NCBI GenBank assembly: GCA_964531025.1 | Contig: CAZHDY010000002.1 | Location: forward strand, 167,661 to 231,660 | Length of the DNA stretch: 64,000 bases | Direction: 5' to 3' | From: an uncultured Bifidobacteriaceae bacterium | Lineage (GTDB): Bacteria > Actinomycetota > Thermoleophilia > Miltoncostaeales > Miltoncostaeaceae | The notes under the pieces: model-generated | Databases searched by the model: none | Seen by the model: only the letters and a program-made list of their open reading frames with translations | What the model was told of the DNA's origin: nothing | In this document: positions 26,651-38,729 of the stretch, one piece after another | Layout: the number at the start of each line of letters is the position of its first letter | Numbering within the stretch: the first letter of the stretch is position 1 | Position numbers and translations under genes: made by a program

Positions 26651-28246
26651 CTAGCGCCGTCGTCTACCGCGTGAGGCATCGCCGGGACGATCGACCGTAC
26701 CCTGCAGACGGAGTTCCTCGATGTCGAGGCGTGCCTGCACCCGGCGGTGCACCTCGTCGTCGATCACGTGGTCGTCACGGAGGCGGTTCACCGTCTCTCG
26801 CTCGTGGGCGACGACGGCCAACCGGAGATCGCGGTACTGCGCGCGGCGCCGCTCGACGTCGGCGTCCAGGTCGCCCATCTGCTGGTCACGCCAGTGGACG
26901 TACTCGTCGCGGATCTCGTCGACGACGTCGGGATCCGCGCCCACCTCCTCGGCCAGGTCGTCCAGCGCGTACACCGCGGATTCCGCGGCGGTCTGGATGG
27001 CGAGCTCGAGCTCGTCCTGCGTCGCGGTCTCGGTCGGAAGACGGGCCCACCGCACGACGCGCGGCAGCATGAGCCCCTGGATGACGAGCGAGAGCACGAC
27101 CACGGTCGCAGTGACGAAGACGGCCTTGTCACGGGCCGAGCCGCCGTCGATCGTCGCCGGGACCGACAGCGCGACGGCGAGCGAGACGGCACCGCGCACC
27201 CCGGCCATGGTCGTCACGACCCTCCCGCGGATCGTGCTGTGGATGATGTGCCGATCCAGTCGGCGGTCGACGACGCGGCCGAGAACGGCGATCACGTTGA
27301 TGAAGGCGAAGCGCACGACGAGGACCGCCACGTAGACCCCGACCGCGGCGAGGATCGCCGACTGCAGCTGGCCGCCGGTGAGACCCTTGATGGCGATCGG
27401 GATCTCGAGCCCGATGAGGACGAAGAGGCCGCCATTCAGAAGGAACGTCGTCAGGGTCCAAAAGCCGGTGCCCTGCTGCCGGGCATGGGCCGACACCATC
27501 CGCGGAGCCACCTGGGCGACCCAGAGGCCGCTGACCACGACCGCGAGCACGCCCGACGCGTGGATCTCCTCGGCGATGAGGAACGCCACGAAGGGCGTCA
27601 AGAGCGCGAGGGCGTTCTGATTGACAGACGTCGTCAGGTAGCGCCGAACCTGCGCGTCGATCCATCCCACCACGGCGCCGACGACGAGCGCCCCGATGAA
27701 CGAGACGGCGAGAAGCTCGCCCGCGTGCAGTGCATCGAAGGTCGAATCCTTGCTCGCGAACTCCAGTGCGAGGGCGAAGAGCACCAGCGCTGTTCCGTCG
27801 TTGATGAGGCTCTCCGCCTGAAGCAGGGTCCTCTCGCGACGCGGCATCATCCGGTCGAGTGCGGCGACGGCGGTGGCATCCGTGGGAGCGACCGCCGCTC
27901 CGATCAGTATCGCTGCCTGCCACGACAGTCCGAGCGCGTGTCCGACGACGGCCACCACCAACGCGGTGGCCACGACGAGCAGGGTGCCCGACAGGATGAT
28001 GCTGCGGAGCTGTCGGCGGATCTCGCGGGCGGATGCGGTGAAGGCCTCCCAGAACAGGATCACCGGGAGGAAGATCAGCAGGACGACCTCGGGGGGAAGC
28101 TCCACGTGACGCAGGCTGGGAAGCGTCGTCATGAGGAGGCCGGCGGCCATCAGCACGACGGGCGCCGAGATGTGCAGGCGGTTCGCGATCAGCGACCCGG
28201 CGAGGACGGCGACCCCGAGGGCGACGGCTACCTGCACGGCGAACAT
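26651..28246 (-). CDS. Na+/H+ antiporter (CPA1 family, NhaP-type) with cytoplasmic C-terminal domain
   Basis: 531 aa with about 11-12 TM segments. Contains APTDATAV and LINDGTALVLF blocks typical of the family. Confidence 0.85.
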   Translation of the reverse strand: MFAVQVAVALGVAVLAGSLIANRLHISAPVVLMAAGLLMTTLPSLRHVELPPEVVLLIFLPVILFWEAFTASAREIRRQLRSIILSGTLLVVATALVVAVVGHALGLSWQAAILIGAAVAPTDATAVAALDRMMPRRERTLLQAESLINDGTALVLFALALEFASKDSTFDALHAGELLAVSFIGALVVGAVVGWIDAQVRRYLTTSVNQNALALLTPFVAFLIAEEIHASGVLAVVVSGLWVAQVAPRMVSAHARQQGTGFWTLTTFLLNGGLFVLIGLEIPIAIKGLTGGQLQSAILAAVGVYVAVLVVRFAFINVIAVLGRVVDRRLDRHIIHSTIRGRVVTTMAGVRGAVSLAVALSVPATIDGGSARDKAVFVTATVVVLSLVIQGLMLPRVVRWARLPTETATQDELELAIQTAAESAVYALDDLAEEVGADPDVVDEIRDEYVHWRDQQMGDLDADVERRRAQYRDLRLAVVAHERETVNRLRDDHVIDDEVHRRVQARLDIEELRLQGTVDRPGDASRGRRRR

Positions 28247-28253
28247 GCGTCAC

Positions 28254-28274
28254 CTCCCCGACCGGTGAGGGGAG
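28254..28274 (-). promoter_or_regulatory. hairpin that would sequester the nhaP Shine-Dalgarno
   Basis: The minus-strand RNA reads CUCCCC-UCACCGGUC-GGGGAG-GUGACGC-AUG. The 3' arm is part of the SD GGGGAGGUGA, 3 nt from the ATG at 28246. Confidence 0.35.
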
Positions 28275-28587
28275 ACGGCGGGTACCGACGAAAAGCGCAC
28301 CGGATCGGTGGCCTACGGACGAACGGGCGGGCTCGGCGACTCACGACGCGATGGTCGCGTCCGCTGTCTCCGTCCCGTGGAACGCCACGTCAGAGGCGTT
28401 GCCACACCATGCCGGGACGCGCGGGCACCGTGGGGGCACACAGACGTCCGCCGCCGTGCCGCCCTCGCTTGCCGTCGCTCCGACCATTCCCCAATGTTGC
28501 CCGGCGGCGGGTGCGGATGCCAAGGGGAAGCTTGGACGAAGATGCTCGCTCTCTCCTCGACTTCACCGCCCCCTTACCGTCCGTCAG

Positions 28588-28617
28588 TTGACAAACCGAC
28601 CGGTCGGTTTGTATGGT
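28588..28617 (+). promoter_or_regulatory. tetR-mmpL promoter (TTGACA, 18 nt, TATGGT) overlapped by a perfect 22-bp palindromic operator
   Basis: TTGACA at 28588-28593, TATGGT at 28612-28617, and palindrome acaaaccgaccggtcggtttgt at 28591-28612. ATG 28625 lies 7 nt after the -10, which implies a leaderless tetR mRNA. Confidence 0.6.
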
Positions 28618-28624
28618 GCCCGCC

Positions 28625-29293
28625 ATGACGCCACCTCCCCCGAAACACACCGAACGCGGTGTCGAGACCCGGAAGAGGATCGTCGACGCGGCCACCGACC
28701 TGTTCATCAACCGTGGCTACGCCGCCACCCCCGTCAGCGCGATCATCTCCACGAGCGGGGTCACCAAGGGCGGCTTCTACTTCCACTTCCCGAGCAAGGC
28801 CGCTCTCGGAGCCGAGGTGATCGCGTCCACCTGCCAATATCAGCAGGCACTCGCACTGGACGCGGTGGACCCGTCACTCTCCTCCCTCGAGATGCTGATG
28901 TCCCTCCCCGCGGCAGTCGCGGCGTCGATGCAGGACTCGCCGCCCGTGGTCCTGCTCGGCCGGCTCACCATGGAACTCCGGGACGAGCCGGATGCAGAGA
29001 CGGTCGACCCGTACGCCTTCTGGTTCGAGATCGTCGCGGACCTCGTCCGAGGCGCCCAGGCCGACGGCGACATCGACACGACCCTCGACCCCGACGCGAC
29101 GGCCTACCACCTCGTCACCTCGTACATCGGCAGCGACTACGTCGAGTGTGTACGCGGCGGCGGCGACACACCGACCGTGAACCCCCACCTCGACGACTAC
29201 CTGGCGTTCGCACTCCGCAGCATGGGCGTCGACCCCGCGAGCGTCCAACTACCCCAACGCCCCGAACCGAACCCCCTGAAGGGAGCGGACTGA
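28625..29293 (+). CDS. TetR family transcriptional regulator
   Basis: TRKRIVDAATDLFINRGYAATPVSAIISTSGVTKGGFYFHFPSK is a TetR N-terminal HTH. The track start is 28613, but that ATG lies inside the -10 hexamer. ATGA overlap with mmpL. Confidence 0.85.
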   Translation: MTPPPPKHTERGVETRKRIVDAATDLFINRGYAATPVSAIISTSGVTKGGFYFHFPSKAALGAEVIASTCQYQQALALDAVDPSLSSLEMLMSLPAAVAASMQDSPPVVLLGRLTMELRDEPDAETVDPYAFWFEIVADLVRGAQADGDIDTTLDPDATAYHLVTSYIGSDYVECVRGGGDTPTVNPHLDDYLAFALRSMGVDPASVQLPQRPEPNPLKGAD

Positions 29294-31506
29294 TGTTCTC
29301 CACGCAGAAACTGGCCCGACGGAGCGCTGAGAGGCCGAAGCTCACGATCAGCGTCTGGATAGCCATCCTGGTCGCCTCGGCCGTCACGATCGCCACGCTC
29401 CTGTCCGGGGTGCTCAGTCCCTCCTTCACCTTCGTGAACTCTCCGGAGGCGGTGAGGGCGGACGACCAGATGACCGCTCTCGGCCAGACCGAGGCGGTCC
29501 ACGAGCAGGTCATGCTGACGGCACCCTCGGGGTCGACCTTCAAGGACCCGAAGCTCCTGTCCTTCGCCGACGTCCTGGCCAAGAAGATCACGGATCTCGG
29601 CCCCGACTACGTCACCCGCGTGGTCCCACCGAGCGCCAGCCCGGCCCTGATCTCGCAGGACGGAACCACGGCTCTGATCGCGGTCGAGATGGCCGGTGAC
29701 CTGACCGACGCGAATGACGAGATCTCACACGTCACCGAGATCACGAAAGCGGCAAACGGAACCCAGGGCGTCGACATCAAGATGGCCGGTCTCTCCTCCA
29801 TGAACGAAGAGGTGAACCACATCGCCGAGGAGGACCTCGTCACCGGCGAGTCCATCGGCATCGGAATCGGCCTCATCATCCTGCTGCTGGTCTTCGGAGC
29901 GGTGGTCGCGGCCTTCGTGCCGATCATCATGGCGATCACGTCGATCCTCGTTGCCCTCGCATTGACGGCGTTGGTCGGTCAGATCGGCGAGCTCTCGTTC
30001 TTCGTCCAGAACATGGTGACGATGATGGGGCTCGCCCTCGGCATCGACTACACCCTGTTCATCCTCAGCCGCTATCGGGAGGAGCGCGCCGCCGGCGTCG
30101 CGAAGCTCGACGCGATCGAGCGGGCGGGTGCCACATCGGGCCGCGCGGTCTTCTTCTCGGGCCTCACGGTCATCGTGGCGCTCCTCGGCCTGATGATCGT
30201 CCCGATGTCCGTGTTCCTGAGCCTTGCCATCGGTGCGATCCTGGTGGCCTTCGCCGCCGTGCTGGCCGGCCTCACCCTCCTTCCCGCCATCCTCTCCCTG
30301 CTGGGAGACCGGGTGAACCGCGGCCGGTTGGGTCGCCTCGCGTCACGCACCCCGGACCAGATGGAGGGCGGCTTCTGGGCGCGCATCGTGCACACCGTGA
30401 TGCGCCGGCCGGCGCTGTGGTTCGCCGGTACCACCCTCGTCCTCCTGCTGGCGGCGACACCGTACCTCGGTATCAACACCGGAGCCTCCGGTGTCACCTC
30501 ACTGCCGCCGACGTCGGACGCGCGTCAGGCCTTCGAGACCCTTCAACAGAAGTTCTCGGTGGGTGACATATCGCCGGTGAGGATCCCGGTAATGGGTGAT
30601 CCGGACTCAGCGGACAACCAGGCACAGATCTCCGCGATCCGAGAGGCCGCCGCGAAGGACCCCGTCCTGGGTGAACCGACGTTCGCACCGTCCGACGGTG
30701 ACCGCGGCGGAGTGCTGACGGTGCCACTCCTCACCGCCAGCACCAGTGCCGAGGCCGAGACGGCCGTTCGGGACCTCCGCGAGGTGACCGACCTGAACGT
30801 CGGCGGAAGCACCGCGTTCAACGTCGACTACTTCGATATCTCGAGCCGGTATCTGCCGTACGTGGTCGCGATCGTGCTGTTCTTCTCGTTCGTGATCCTG
30901 CTGCTCGCGTTCCGATCGATCGTGGTCCCGGTGGTCGCCATCCTGCTCAACCTTCTGTCGGTGGGTGCGGCCTTCGGTCTCCTCACCCTGGTGAGCCAGG
31001 AGGGCGTCGGCGCAGATCTCCTCGGGTTCCAGCAGGTGGACACCGTCGAAGCATGGATCCCGATCTTCCTCTTCGCGGTCCTGTTCGGATTGTCGATGGA
31101 CTACCACGTGTTCCTGCTCTCACGGATGCGTGAGCACTTCCAGCGCACCGGGGACGCCCGTGGGGCGATCTCCTACGGGATCAGTTCCAGCGGGCGCCTG
31201 ATCACCGGCGCGGCGCTCATCATGGTGGCCGTCTTCAGCGGGTTCGCCACCGGCCGGCTGGTCATGTTCCAGCAGATGGGCTTCGGGCTCGGCGTCGCGA
31301 TCCTGCTGGACGCCACGCTGGTCCGTGGAATCCTCGTCCCGTCGATCATGCAACTTCTCGGCGAGAGGAACTGGTATCTGCCGAAGTGGCTCAACTGGCT
31401 GCCGAACGTCTCGATCGAGGGCGAGGCGTCACCGGCGACGGCGGACCCCGTCCCCGCCGGTGTCGCCGCCGCCACGTCAGGAGAGGGACGGTCGACCGAG
31501 TCCTGA
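29293..31506 (+). CDS. MMPL family (RND superfamily) transporter
   Basis: ATG 29293 (MFSTQKLARRSAERPKLTISVWIAILV...) lies inside track ORF 28351..31506. Two 6-TM bundles each follow a large extracytoplasmic domain. GLALGIDYTLFILSRYREE and GLSMDYHVFLLSRMREH duplicated motifs. Confidence 0.88.
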   Translation: MFSTQKLARRSAERPKLTISVWIAILVASAVTIATLLSGVLSPSFTFVNSPEAVRADDQMTALGQTEAVHEQVMLTAPSGSTFKDPKLLSFADVLAKKITDLGPDYVTRVVPPSASPALISQDGTTALIAVEMAGDLTDANDEISHVTEITKAANGTQGVDIKMAGLSSMNEEVNHIAEEDLVTGESIGIGIGLIILLLVFGAVVAAFVPIIMAITSILVALALTALVGQIGELSFFVQNMVTMMGLALGIDYTLFILSRYREERAAGVAKLDAIERAGATSGRAVFFSGLTVIVALLGLMIVPMSVFLSLAIGAILVAFAAVLAGLTLLPAILSLLGDRVNRGRLGRLASRTPDQMEGGFWARIVHTVMRRPALWFAGTTLVLLLAATPYLGINTGASGVTSLPPTSDARQAFETLQQKFSVGDISPVRIPVMGDPDSADNQAQISAIREAAAKDPVLGEPTFAPSDGDRGGVLTVPLLTASTSAEAETAVRDLREVTDLNVGGSTAFNVDYFDISSRYLPYVVAIVLFFSFVILLLAFRSIVVPVVAILLNLLSVGAAFGLLTLVSQEGVGADLLGFQQVDTVEAWIPIFLFAVLFGLSMDYHVFLLSRMREHFQRTGDARGAISYGISSSGRLITGAALIMVAVFSGFATGRLVMFQQMGFGLGVAILLDATLVRGILVPSIMQLLGERNWYLPKWLNWLPNVSIEGEASPATADPVPAGVAAATSGEGRSTES

Positions 31507-31513
31507 TCCCTGT

Positions 31514-31547
31514 GGGAGAAGCGGACGCATCGCCGTCCGCTTCTCCC
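31514..31547. terminator. strong bidirectional hairpin between mmpL and comEC
   Basis: gggagaagcggacg (31514-31527) pairs with cgtccgcttctccc (31534-31547). That is 14 perfect bp with a 6-nt loop. Confidence 0.7.
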
Positions 31548-31557
31548 ACCCACGGAC

Positions 31558-33918
31558 TCACCCACCGTCCGACACAACGGTGGGCGCTGCCGCACCCGCC
31601 CGGACCGTGACGTGCCCGTGGTGATCGGTCCTCCAGACGGGTAGACCCGCCGCCGCGAGAGTCGCCAGCGTCGATGGAGTGGGGTGCCCGAACGGGTTCG
31701 CCGCGCCGACGGAGATCACGGTGCTCTCCGGACGGAAGCGGGTGAGGACGGCGTCGAGGTTCGGATCCTCGGAACCGTGGTGCGAGACCTTCAGCACGTC
31801 GACGTCGACGGCCGGGATGCGCCGAAGCACATTGCCCTCGGCATCCCCTGTGAGGAGCACCGACATATCCGGGGTGCGTGCGACGACGACGAGTGATGCG
31901 TCGTTGGGATCGCTCGCCCGCAGGTCGGCCGGCGGCCAGACGACGTCGAGCGTCCAGGCCCCCACGGTGACCCGCTGTCCCTCCGCCAAGGGTGTGACCT
32001 CGCGATCCGAGAAGCCGTCCCGCACCTCCGGGACCGCGACGGCCGGTGCCGCGACGGCGGTGACGTCGACCGCGCGTACGACGTCGGCCAGGGCTCCGTC
32101 ATGGTCGCTCTGATGATGTGTCACGGCGACAAGATCAAGGTGACGCACCCCCATGCGGCGCAGCGCACCGGCAACCGGCGCGGGGTCACCGGGTGGCCCG
32201 GTGTCGATGAGCGCCGCGTGCCCGTCCGGCGAGCGCAGAAGGATGGAGTCGCCCTGTCCGATGTCGAGAACCGTCACCTCCGGGACGTCCGGCCAGGGAA
32301 GTGACCGTTCACGCAATGCCGCACGCGCCACCACGCCGGCGACGACCACGACGCATCCGCACAGAACCGTCACCGTGCGACGGCGTCGCCGCGCGGCCCA
32401 CGTGCGGGGTGATCCGTCCAGCCGCCACAGCCATCGCGCAGCCAAGGGGACGAGTGCCGCGATCCCCAGCGCGGCGATCGCACCGATCCGGCCGGGCCCG
32501 GCCGTCGCCCCGGGGACGGCGGCGCTCACGCTCGCGGTCATCCGGATGATGTCCGCGCCGATCCCAGCGCACCATGTGAGCGGAACTCCCAGAGGATGTG
32601 CGACCGCGCCCACGACCGCACCGGCCATCGCGACGATCACCGTGGGGCCGGCGACCGGCACGGCGATGACGTTCGCCACGATCCCCACGACGGAGTACTG
32701 CGCGAAGCGCAGGATGCTCACCGGGGCGGTGGCAACCGACGCCGCCACCGACGCCGCCGCGACCTGCGCCACCGGACCTGGCATCAGGCCCGCGGTCCAG
32801 ACGGCGAGTGGACGCGCAAGTGCGAGGAGCCCGACCACGGCGGCGAACGAGAGCTGCAGTCCCGGATCGAAGATGGCGCGCGGCTGTATGGCGACAAGCA
32901 CGGCGAGCCCGACGATGAGCAGGTACCACCGGTCCTCCGCCCGCGATGCGAGTTGCGCGACGATGACCAGGACGCCCATGATCCCGGCACGCGCCACCGA
33001 TGCCCCGCCGTCGCACACCAGGCAGTAGGCGATGATGGCAGTGATCGCGAGGGCCGCGGCCTGCCGGCGACGCACGCGTACCGCGGACAGAAGCCATGTG
33101 ACCGCGATGGCGACGAGAGCGATGTTCTGCCCCGAGACGGCCATGAGATGCCAGACGCCCGCGGCCCGCATCTGGTCGATCGTCCCCTGCGTCATCGTCT
33201 GACCACCACCGAGTGCCATCCCTCGCACCACCGCGGCCCGATCCCCGGACAGCCCCGCGACGGCCGTGCGGCGCAGCCGTTCACGCGTGCGGTCACGCAA
33301 ACCGGACACTCCGCCGCGGCGCCCCACCACCCGCAGCCCGGGGGAGTGCATCTCCGCGACGATCCCGCGACGTTCGAGGTGCGCCCGCCACCACGGTGGA
33401 TCGCCGGGCTCGAAGGCGGGTCGTACGGTCCCCACCACCCGAAGACGATCACCGAGACGAAGCGGCGCCAACCGCGCCATGTCCGCGCGGATGACGATGC
33501 GCGCACCCGACCGCAGCACGGATGCCGCATGCCCGCCCTCCACCCGGTCGACGACAACCGTGATGCGCGCGGAGTCCGCCACTCCCCGCTCTGCTGTCTG
33601 GTCGACGTACACGGTCCCCACCGCCGTGATCATGCGCTCGACCGGGTTCCAGGGAGTCTGGGCAAGGCGCACCCCTCCCCACCATGCCCCCAGAGCCGTG
33701 AGCGCCACGAGCAACCCCGCCACAGTGATCCGCACATCGTCGATGCCACGCCCGGCTCCGCGAACGACGACGACAAGCCCGGCCGCCACGACCCCGCCGG
33801 CCACCCAGGCGGGCGTACGCGCCACATTCGCCGAGATCACGCCCAGACCGAAGGCCGCTGCCGCGAGGTGAGGTACGAATCGGATGGCGCCCGCACTCGG
33901 ACGGTTGGCCGGTATCAC
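31558..33918 (-). CDS. comEC: DNA internalization-related competence protein ComEC/Rec2
   Basis: Polytopic competence domain plus a C-terminal metallo-beta-lactamase fold (VTHHQSDHDGAL). I start it at GTG 33918, a GTGA overlap with the comEA stop. The track ORF extends to 34020. Confidence 0.85.
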   Translation of the reverse strand: MIPANRPSAGAIRFVPHLAAAAFGLGVISANVARTPAWVAGGVVAAGLVVVVRGAGRGIDDVRITVAGLLVALTALGAWWGGVRLAQTPWNPVERMITAVGTVYVDQTAERGVADSARITVVVDRVEGGHAASVLRSGARIVIRADMARLAPLRLGDRLRVVGTVRPAFEPGDPPWWRAHLERRGIVAEMHSPGLRVVGRRGGVSGLRDRTRERLRRTAVAGLSGDRAAVVRGMALGGGQTMTQGTIDQMRAAGVWHLMAVSGQNIALVAIAVTWLLSAVRVRRRQAAALAITAIIAYCLVCDGGASVARAGIMGVLVIVAQLASRAEDRWYLLIVGLAVLVAIQPRAIFDPGLQLSFAAVVGLLALARPLAVWTAGLMPGPVAQVAAASVAASVATAPVSILRFAQYSVVGIVANVIAVPVAGPTVIVAMAGAVVGAVAHPLGVPLTWCAGIGADIIRMTASVSAAVPGATAGPGRIGAIAALGIAALVPLAARWLWRLDGSPRTWAARRRRRTVTVLCGCVVVVAGVVARAALRERSLPWPDVPEVTVLDIGQGDSILLRSPDGHAALIDTGPPGDPAPVAGALRRMGVRHLDLVAVTHHQSDHDGALADVVRAVDVTAVAAPAVAVPEVRDGFSDREVTPLAEGQRVTVGAWTLDVVWPPADLRASDPNDASLVVVARTPDMSVLLTGDAEGNVLRRIPAVDVDVLKVSHHGSEDPNLDAVLTRFRPESTVISVGAANPFGHPTPSTLATLAAAGLPVWRTDHHGHVTVRAGAAAPTVVSDGG

Positions 33919-34526
33919 GGGGTCAGCTTCGTCCGGAGCGCCTCCAATCGTGCGTCGCCGATGCCCGGGACGTCGGTCAGATCCTCGACCGACCGGAATC
34001 CGCCGTGCGTATCGCGCCACTCGATGATGCGGGCGGCGAGCTTCGGTCCGATGCCGTCGAGTGTCTCGAGCTGCTCCGGGGTGGCCGAGGAGAGGCTGAT
34101 CGGTCCTCCGCCCTCCTCGGCCACCGAGCCACCGCCTGAGGCCCCCGCCGTCCCAGAGGCGCCACGACGAGGGACCACGATCCGCTGCCCGTCCTGAACG
34201 GGCGCCGCGAGGTTGAGCGCGGCGACGTCCGCATGGCGGGTGGCTCCACCGGCCTGCCGTATGGCCCGCATGACCCGGACCTCGGACGGAAGCCGGTAGA
34301 GGCCCGGCCGCTTGACCTCTCCGGCCACGTGGACCAGAACCGCACGGGATTCCTCCGGCGCGTCCGCGATCGCGACCGGCGTCGTGACGGCGTCGTCGAC
34401 CGGCTGGGCACCGTCCGCGCCACTACCGCCGTCGAAGCCGACCCTCCATGCGAGCACCGCCAGCACGGCGGCGAGCACCAGGTAGGGCCATGTGTGATCC
34501 CGGAGCCAGGGCCGCAGTCGATCCAT
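33915..34526 (-). CDS. comEA: ComEA family helix-hairpin-helix DNA-binding protein
   Basis: N-terminal TM segment, SLBB-like middle domain, and C-terminal HhH motif (ATPEQLETLDGIGPKLAARIIEWR...DLTDVPGIG). Confidence 0.85.
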   Translation of the reverse strand: MDRLRPWLRDHTWPYLVLAAVLAVLAWRVGFDGGSGADGAQPVDDAVTTPVAIADAPEESRAVLVHVAGEVKRPGLYRLPSEVRVMRAIRQAGGATRHADVAALNLAAPVQDGQRIVVPRRGASGTAGASGGGSVAEEGGGPISLSSATPEQLETLDGIGPKLAARIIEWRDTHGGFRSVEDLTDVPGIGDARLEALRTKLTP

Positions 34527-34670
34527 GAGCCCACGCTAGGCCCGCTCGCGTCACGGATGTGTGTCGTCTCCGGATCAGAGGCGCGATCGACTCGGTCCTC
34601 GACCGCCGGTATCACTCGTGTCGTTTCGACACGCTGGGGAGTACGCCGACCTACACCGACCGCTCCCATC

Positions 34671-34696
34671 GTGGGCGGCCCGATGGAGCCGCCCAC
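34671..34696 (-). terminator. hairpin 13 nt downstream of the leuS stop
   Basis: gtgggcggc (34671-34679) pairs with gccgcccac (34688-34696). That is 9 bp with an 8-nt loop. No U-tract. Confidence 0.45.
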
Positions 34697-34709
34697 GAAC
34701 GTTCCCCTT

Positions 34710-37241
<2,532 letters not shown>

Positions 37242-37280
37242 CGGTGGCCGACTATATCGGCGCTCTCAGGCGGAGACCCC

Positions 37281-37715
37281 GTGACGACACTCCGTCCCGC
37301 ACCGCGCATCGTCGACGCCGATCTGGATCGGACCTTCGACGGCATCCTGGCGCTCTACGCCGCCCACGGCTGGATCCACGCGTCGTCGCCCGAGCGCCTG
37401 CGCAACGCGGTGGAGCAATCGTCGCTGTCGATCGTCGCGCTGGAAGGCGACACCGTGATCGGATACGCCCGTGCCCTCTCGGACGGCGAGTTCGCGGTCT
37501 ACATCGCCGACATCCTCGTCCGGCCCGACCGGCAGGGACATGGCATCGGCAGCGCCCTCTTCTCGCACATGCTGGAGCGCTACCCGATCGATCGCTTCCA
37601 CCACCAGGTGCTCATGTCGGAGCGCGGTGCCGAGGGCTTCTACCGCAAGCACGGCCTCCTGCCGGTCTCGACGTTCGGCCTCACCGCCTTCATCCGGACG
37701 CGCGACTCGGGCTAA
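37281..37715 (+). CDS. GNAT family N-acetyltransferase
   Basis: Acetyl-CoA motif A VRPDRQGHGIGSALF. 144 aa. GTG start 39 nt from the divergent leuS start. Its stop codon overlaps the stop of the convergent gene at 37712. Confidence 0.8.
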   Translation: MTTLRPAPRIVDADLDRTFDGILALYAAHGWIHASSPERLRNAVEQSSLSIVALEGDTVIGYARALSDGEFAVYIADILVRPDRQGHGIGSALFSHMLERYPIDRFHHQVLMSERGAEGFYRKHGLLPVSTFGLTAFIRTRDSG

Positions 37716-38119
37716 TCCTCTCCGGCGGCGAGATCCTCGGAGAGCTCTCCCGAGTCCTGAAGCGGAACCCGGAAGTACCACCAGCTGCGGTGTGCGTCAC
37801 CGCGACCGGCGGCGCCCCAGAGGTTCGCGTCCACCGGACGCGTGGCGACGACGAATCGCCCGTCCACCTCGCGCAGTCGCGCCAGGAGCGGACCGCGTGT
37901 CTCGGCCACAGCCGCGATCACATCGCCCAGGATCTGGCGCAGGTCCAGGTCGTTGAGGTACTCGTCGAGTCCACCGGTATATCCGGAGGCAACCTCACCG
38001 ACCACGGTGTCCCACCGTGAGATGAGGCCGTCGAGGCCCACTCCGATGAGGTGGTCGGCCACGCCGCGCCGGGTGAGGTACGCGTCGATACGGGTGTCGG
38101 GGTCGTTGGCTCGGCTCAT
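37712..38119 (-). CDS. hypothetical acidic cytoplasmic protein, translationally coupled to the upstream lipoprotein gene (candidate inhibitor/immunity partner)
   Basis: 135 aa. By my count about 23 D+E against 14 R and no K. No signal peptide. ATGA overlap at 38116-38119. Confidence 0.6.
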   Translation of the reverse strand: MSRANDPDTRIDAYLTRRGVADHLIGVGLDGLISRWDTVVGEVASGYTGGLDEYLNDLDLRQILGDVIAAVAETRGPLLARLREVDGRFVVATRPVDANLWGAAGRGDAHRSWWYFRVPLQDSGELSEDLAAGED

Positions 38120-38640
38120 CTGTCCGCCTGACGTCGGAAGTACGCTTCGCCGTCGTTCGGCCGGAAGTACGTGCGGATGGTTCGATCCGAGTTGTACGCG
38201 CCGAACCCACCCTCGCGGCGGTCGAAACGCGTGATCACCCCGTCGCGGCGGCGGATCTCGATCGTCACCGCGTCGAGGGGCCGGTCACGCAGCTGCTGTG
38301 CCAGCGCCAGATAAGTCGCCTGGTCGATGTCACCGAACTCGTGCCCGTGCTTGCGGAAGTGGTCCTCCAGGCTGCGCCGGCTGCGGAAGCCGATGTCCGG
38401 GTGTGTGATCCCGCTGATACCGGGGTCCGTGCCGTTCTGGACAGGCTCGGTGGTCTGTCCGACGAGCGTCGACGGCGGAGTCGGCTCGGTCGTCGTCTTC
38501 CCGCTCCCGCATCCGGTGAGCAGAAGGACGAGCGCGATGAGGCCGCCGACGAAGGCCGGGCACCAGCCCTGCAGCGGCCCGTACGGCCGGAAGGGATTCC
38601 ACGAGCGCTTCGTGAACCCGCGCAGGGTCGGACCAGGCAT
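38116..38640 (-). CDS. lipoprotein with uncharacterised basic C-terminal domain (HFRKHGHEFG motif)
   Basis: Lipobox LLLTGC after a hydrophobic segment, then a Thr/Pro linker. The C-terminal roughly 100 aa are Arg-rich. I start it at ATG 38640 (MPGPTLRG...). The track ORF extends to 38694. Confidence 0.65.
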   Translation of the reverse strand: MPGPTLRGFTKRSWNPFRPYGPLQGWCPAFVGGLIALVLLLTGCGSGKTTTEPTPPSTLVGQTTEPVQNGTDPGISGITHPDIGFRSRRSLEDHFRKHGHEFGDIDQATYLALAQQLRDRPLDAVTIEIRRRDGVITRFDRREGGFGAYNSDRTIRTYFRPNDGEAYFRRQADR

Positions 38641-38729
38641 GACGGCACTCTGACAGACGGCTCCCTCGGACGGTGACCGTCGCAGACACCGCATGGTCCG
38701 TCGGGCGCCGTTGCTTCAGCCGTGCAGCG

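Noticed and set aside
28351-29292. N-terminal 314-aa extension of the long ORF 28351..31506.
   Set aside because: It overlaps the TetR gene in a different frame and is Arg/Pro-rich junk. The MMPL protein starts at ATG 29293, coupled to the tetR stop.
38116-38400. Barnase homology of the lipoprotein C-terminal domain (shared NSDR string) and barstar homology of the partner.
   Set aside because: The spacing between the candidate Glu and the NSDR block does not match barnase. No equivalent of the catalytic His near the C-terminus is present. The barstar-like match is one short motif. I keep this only as a weak hint.
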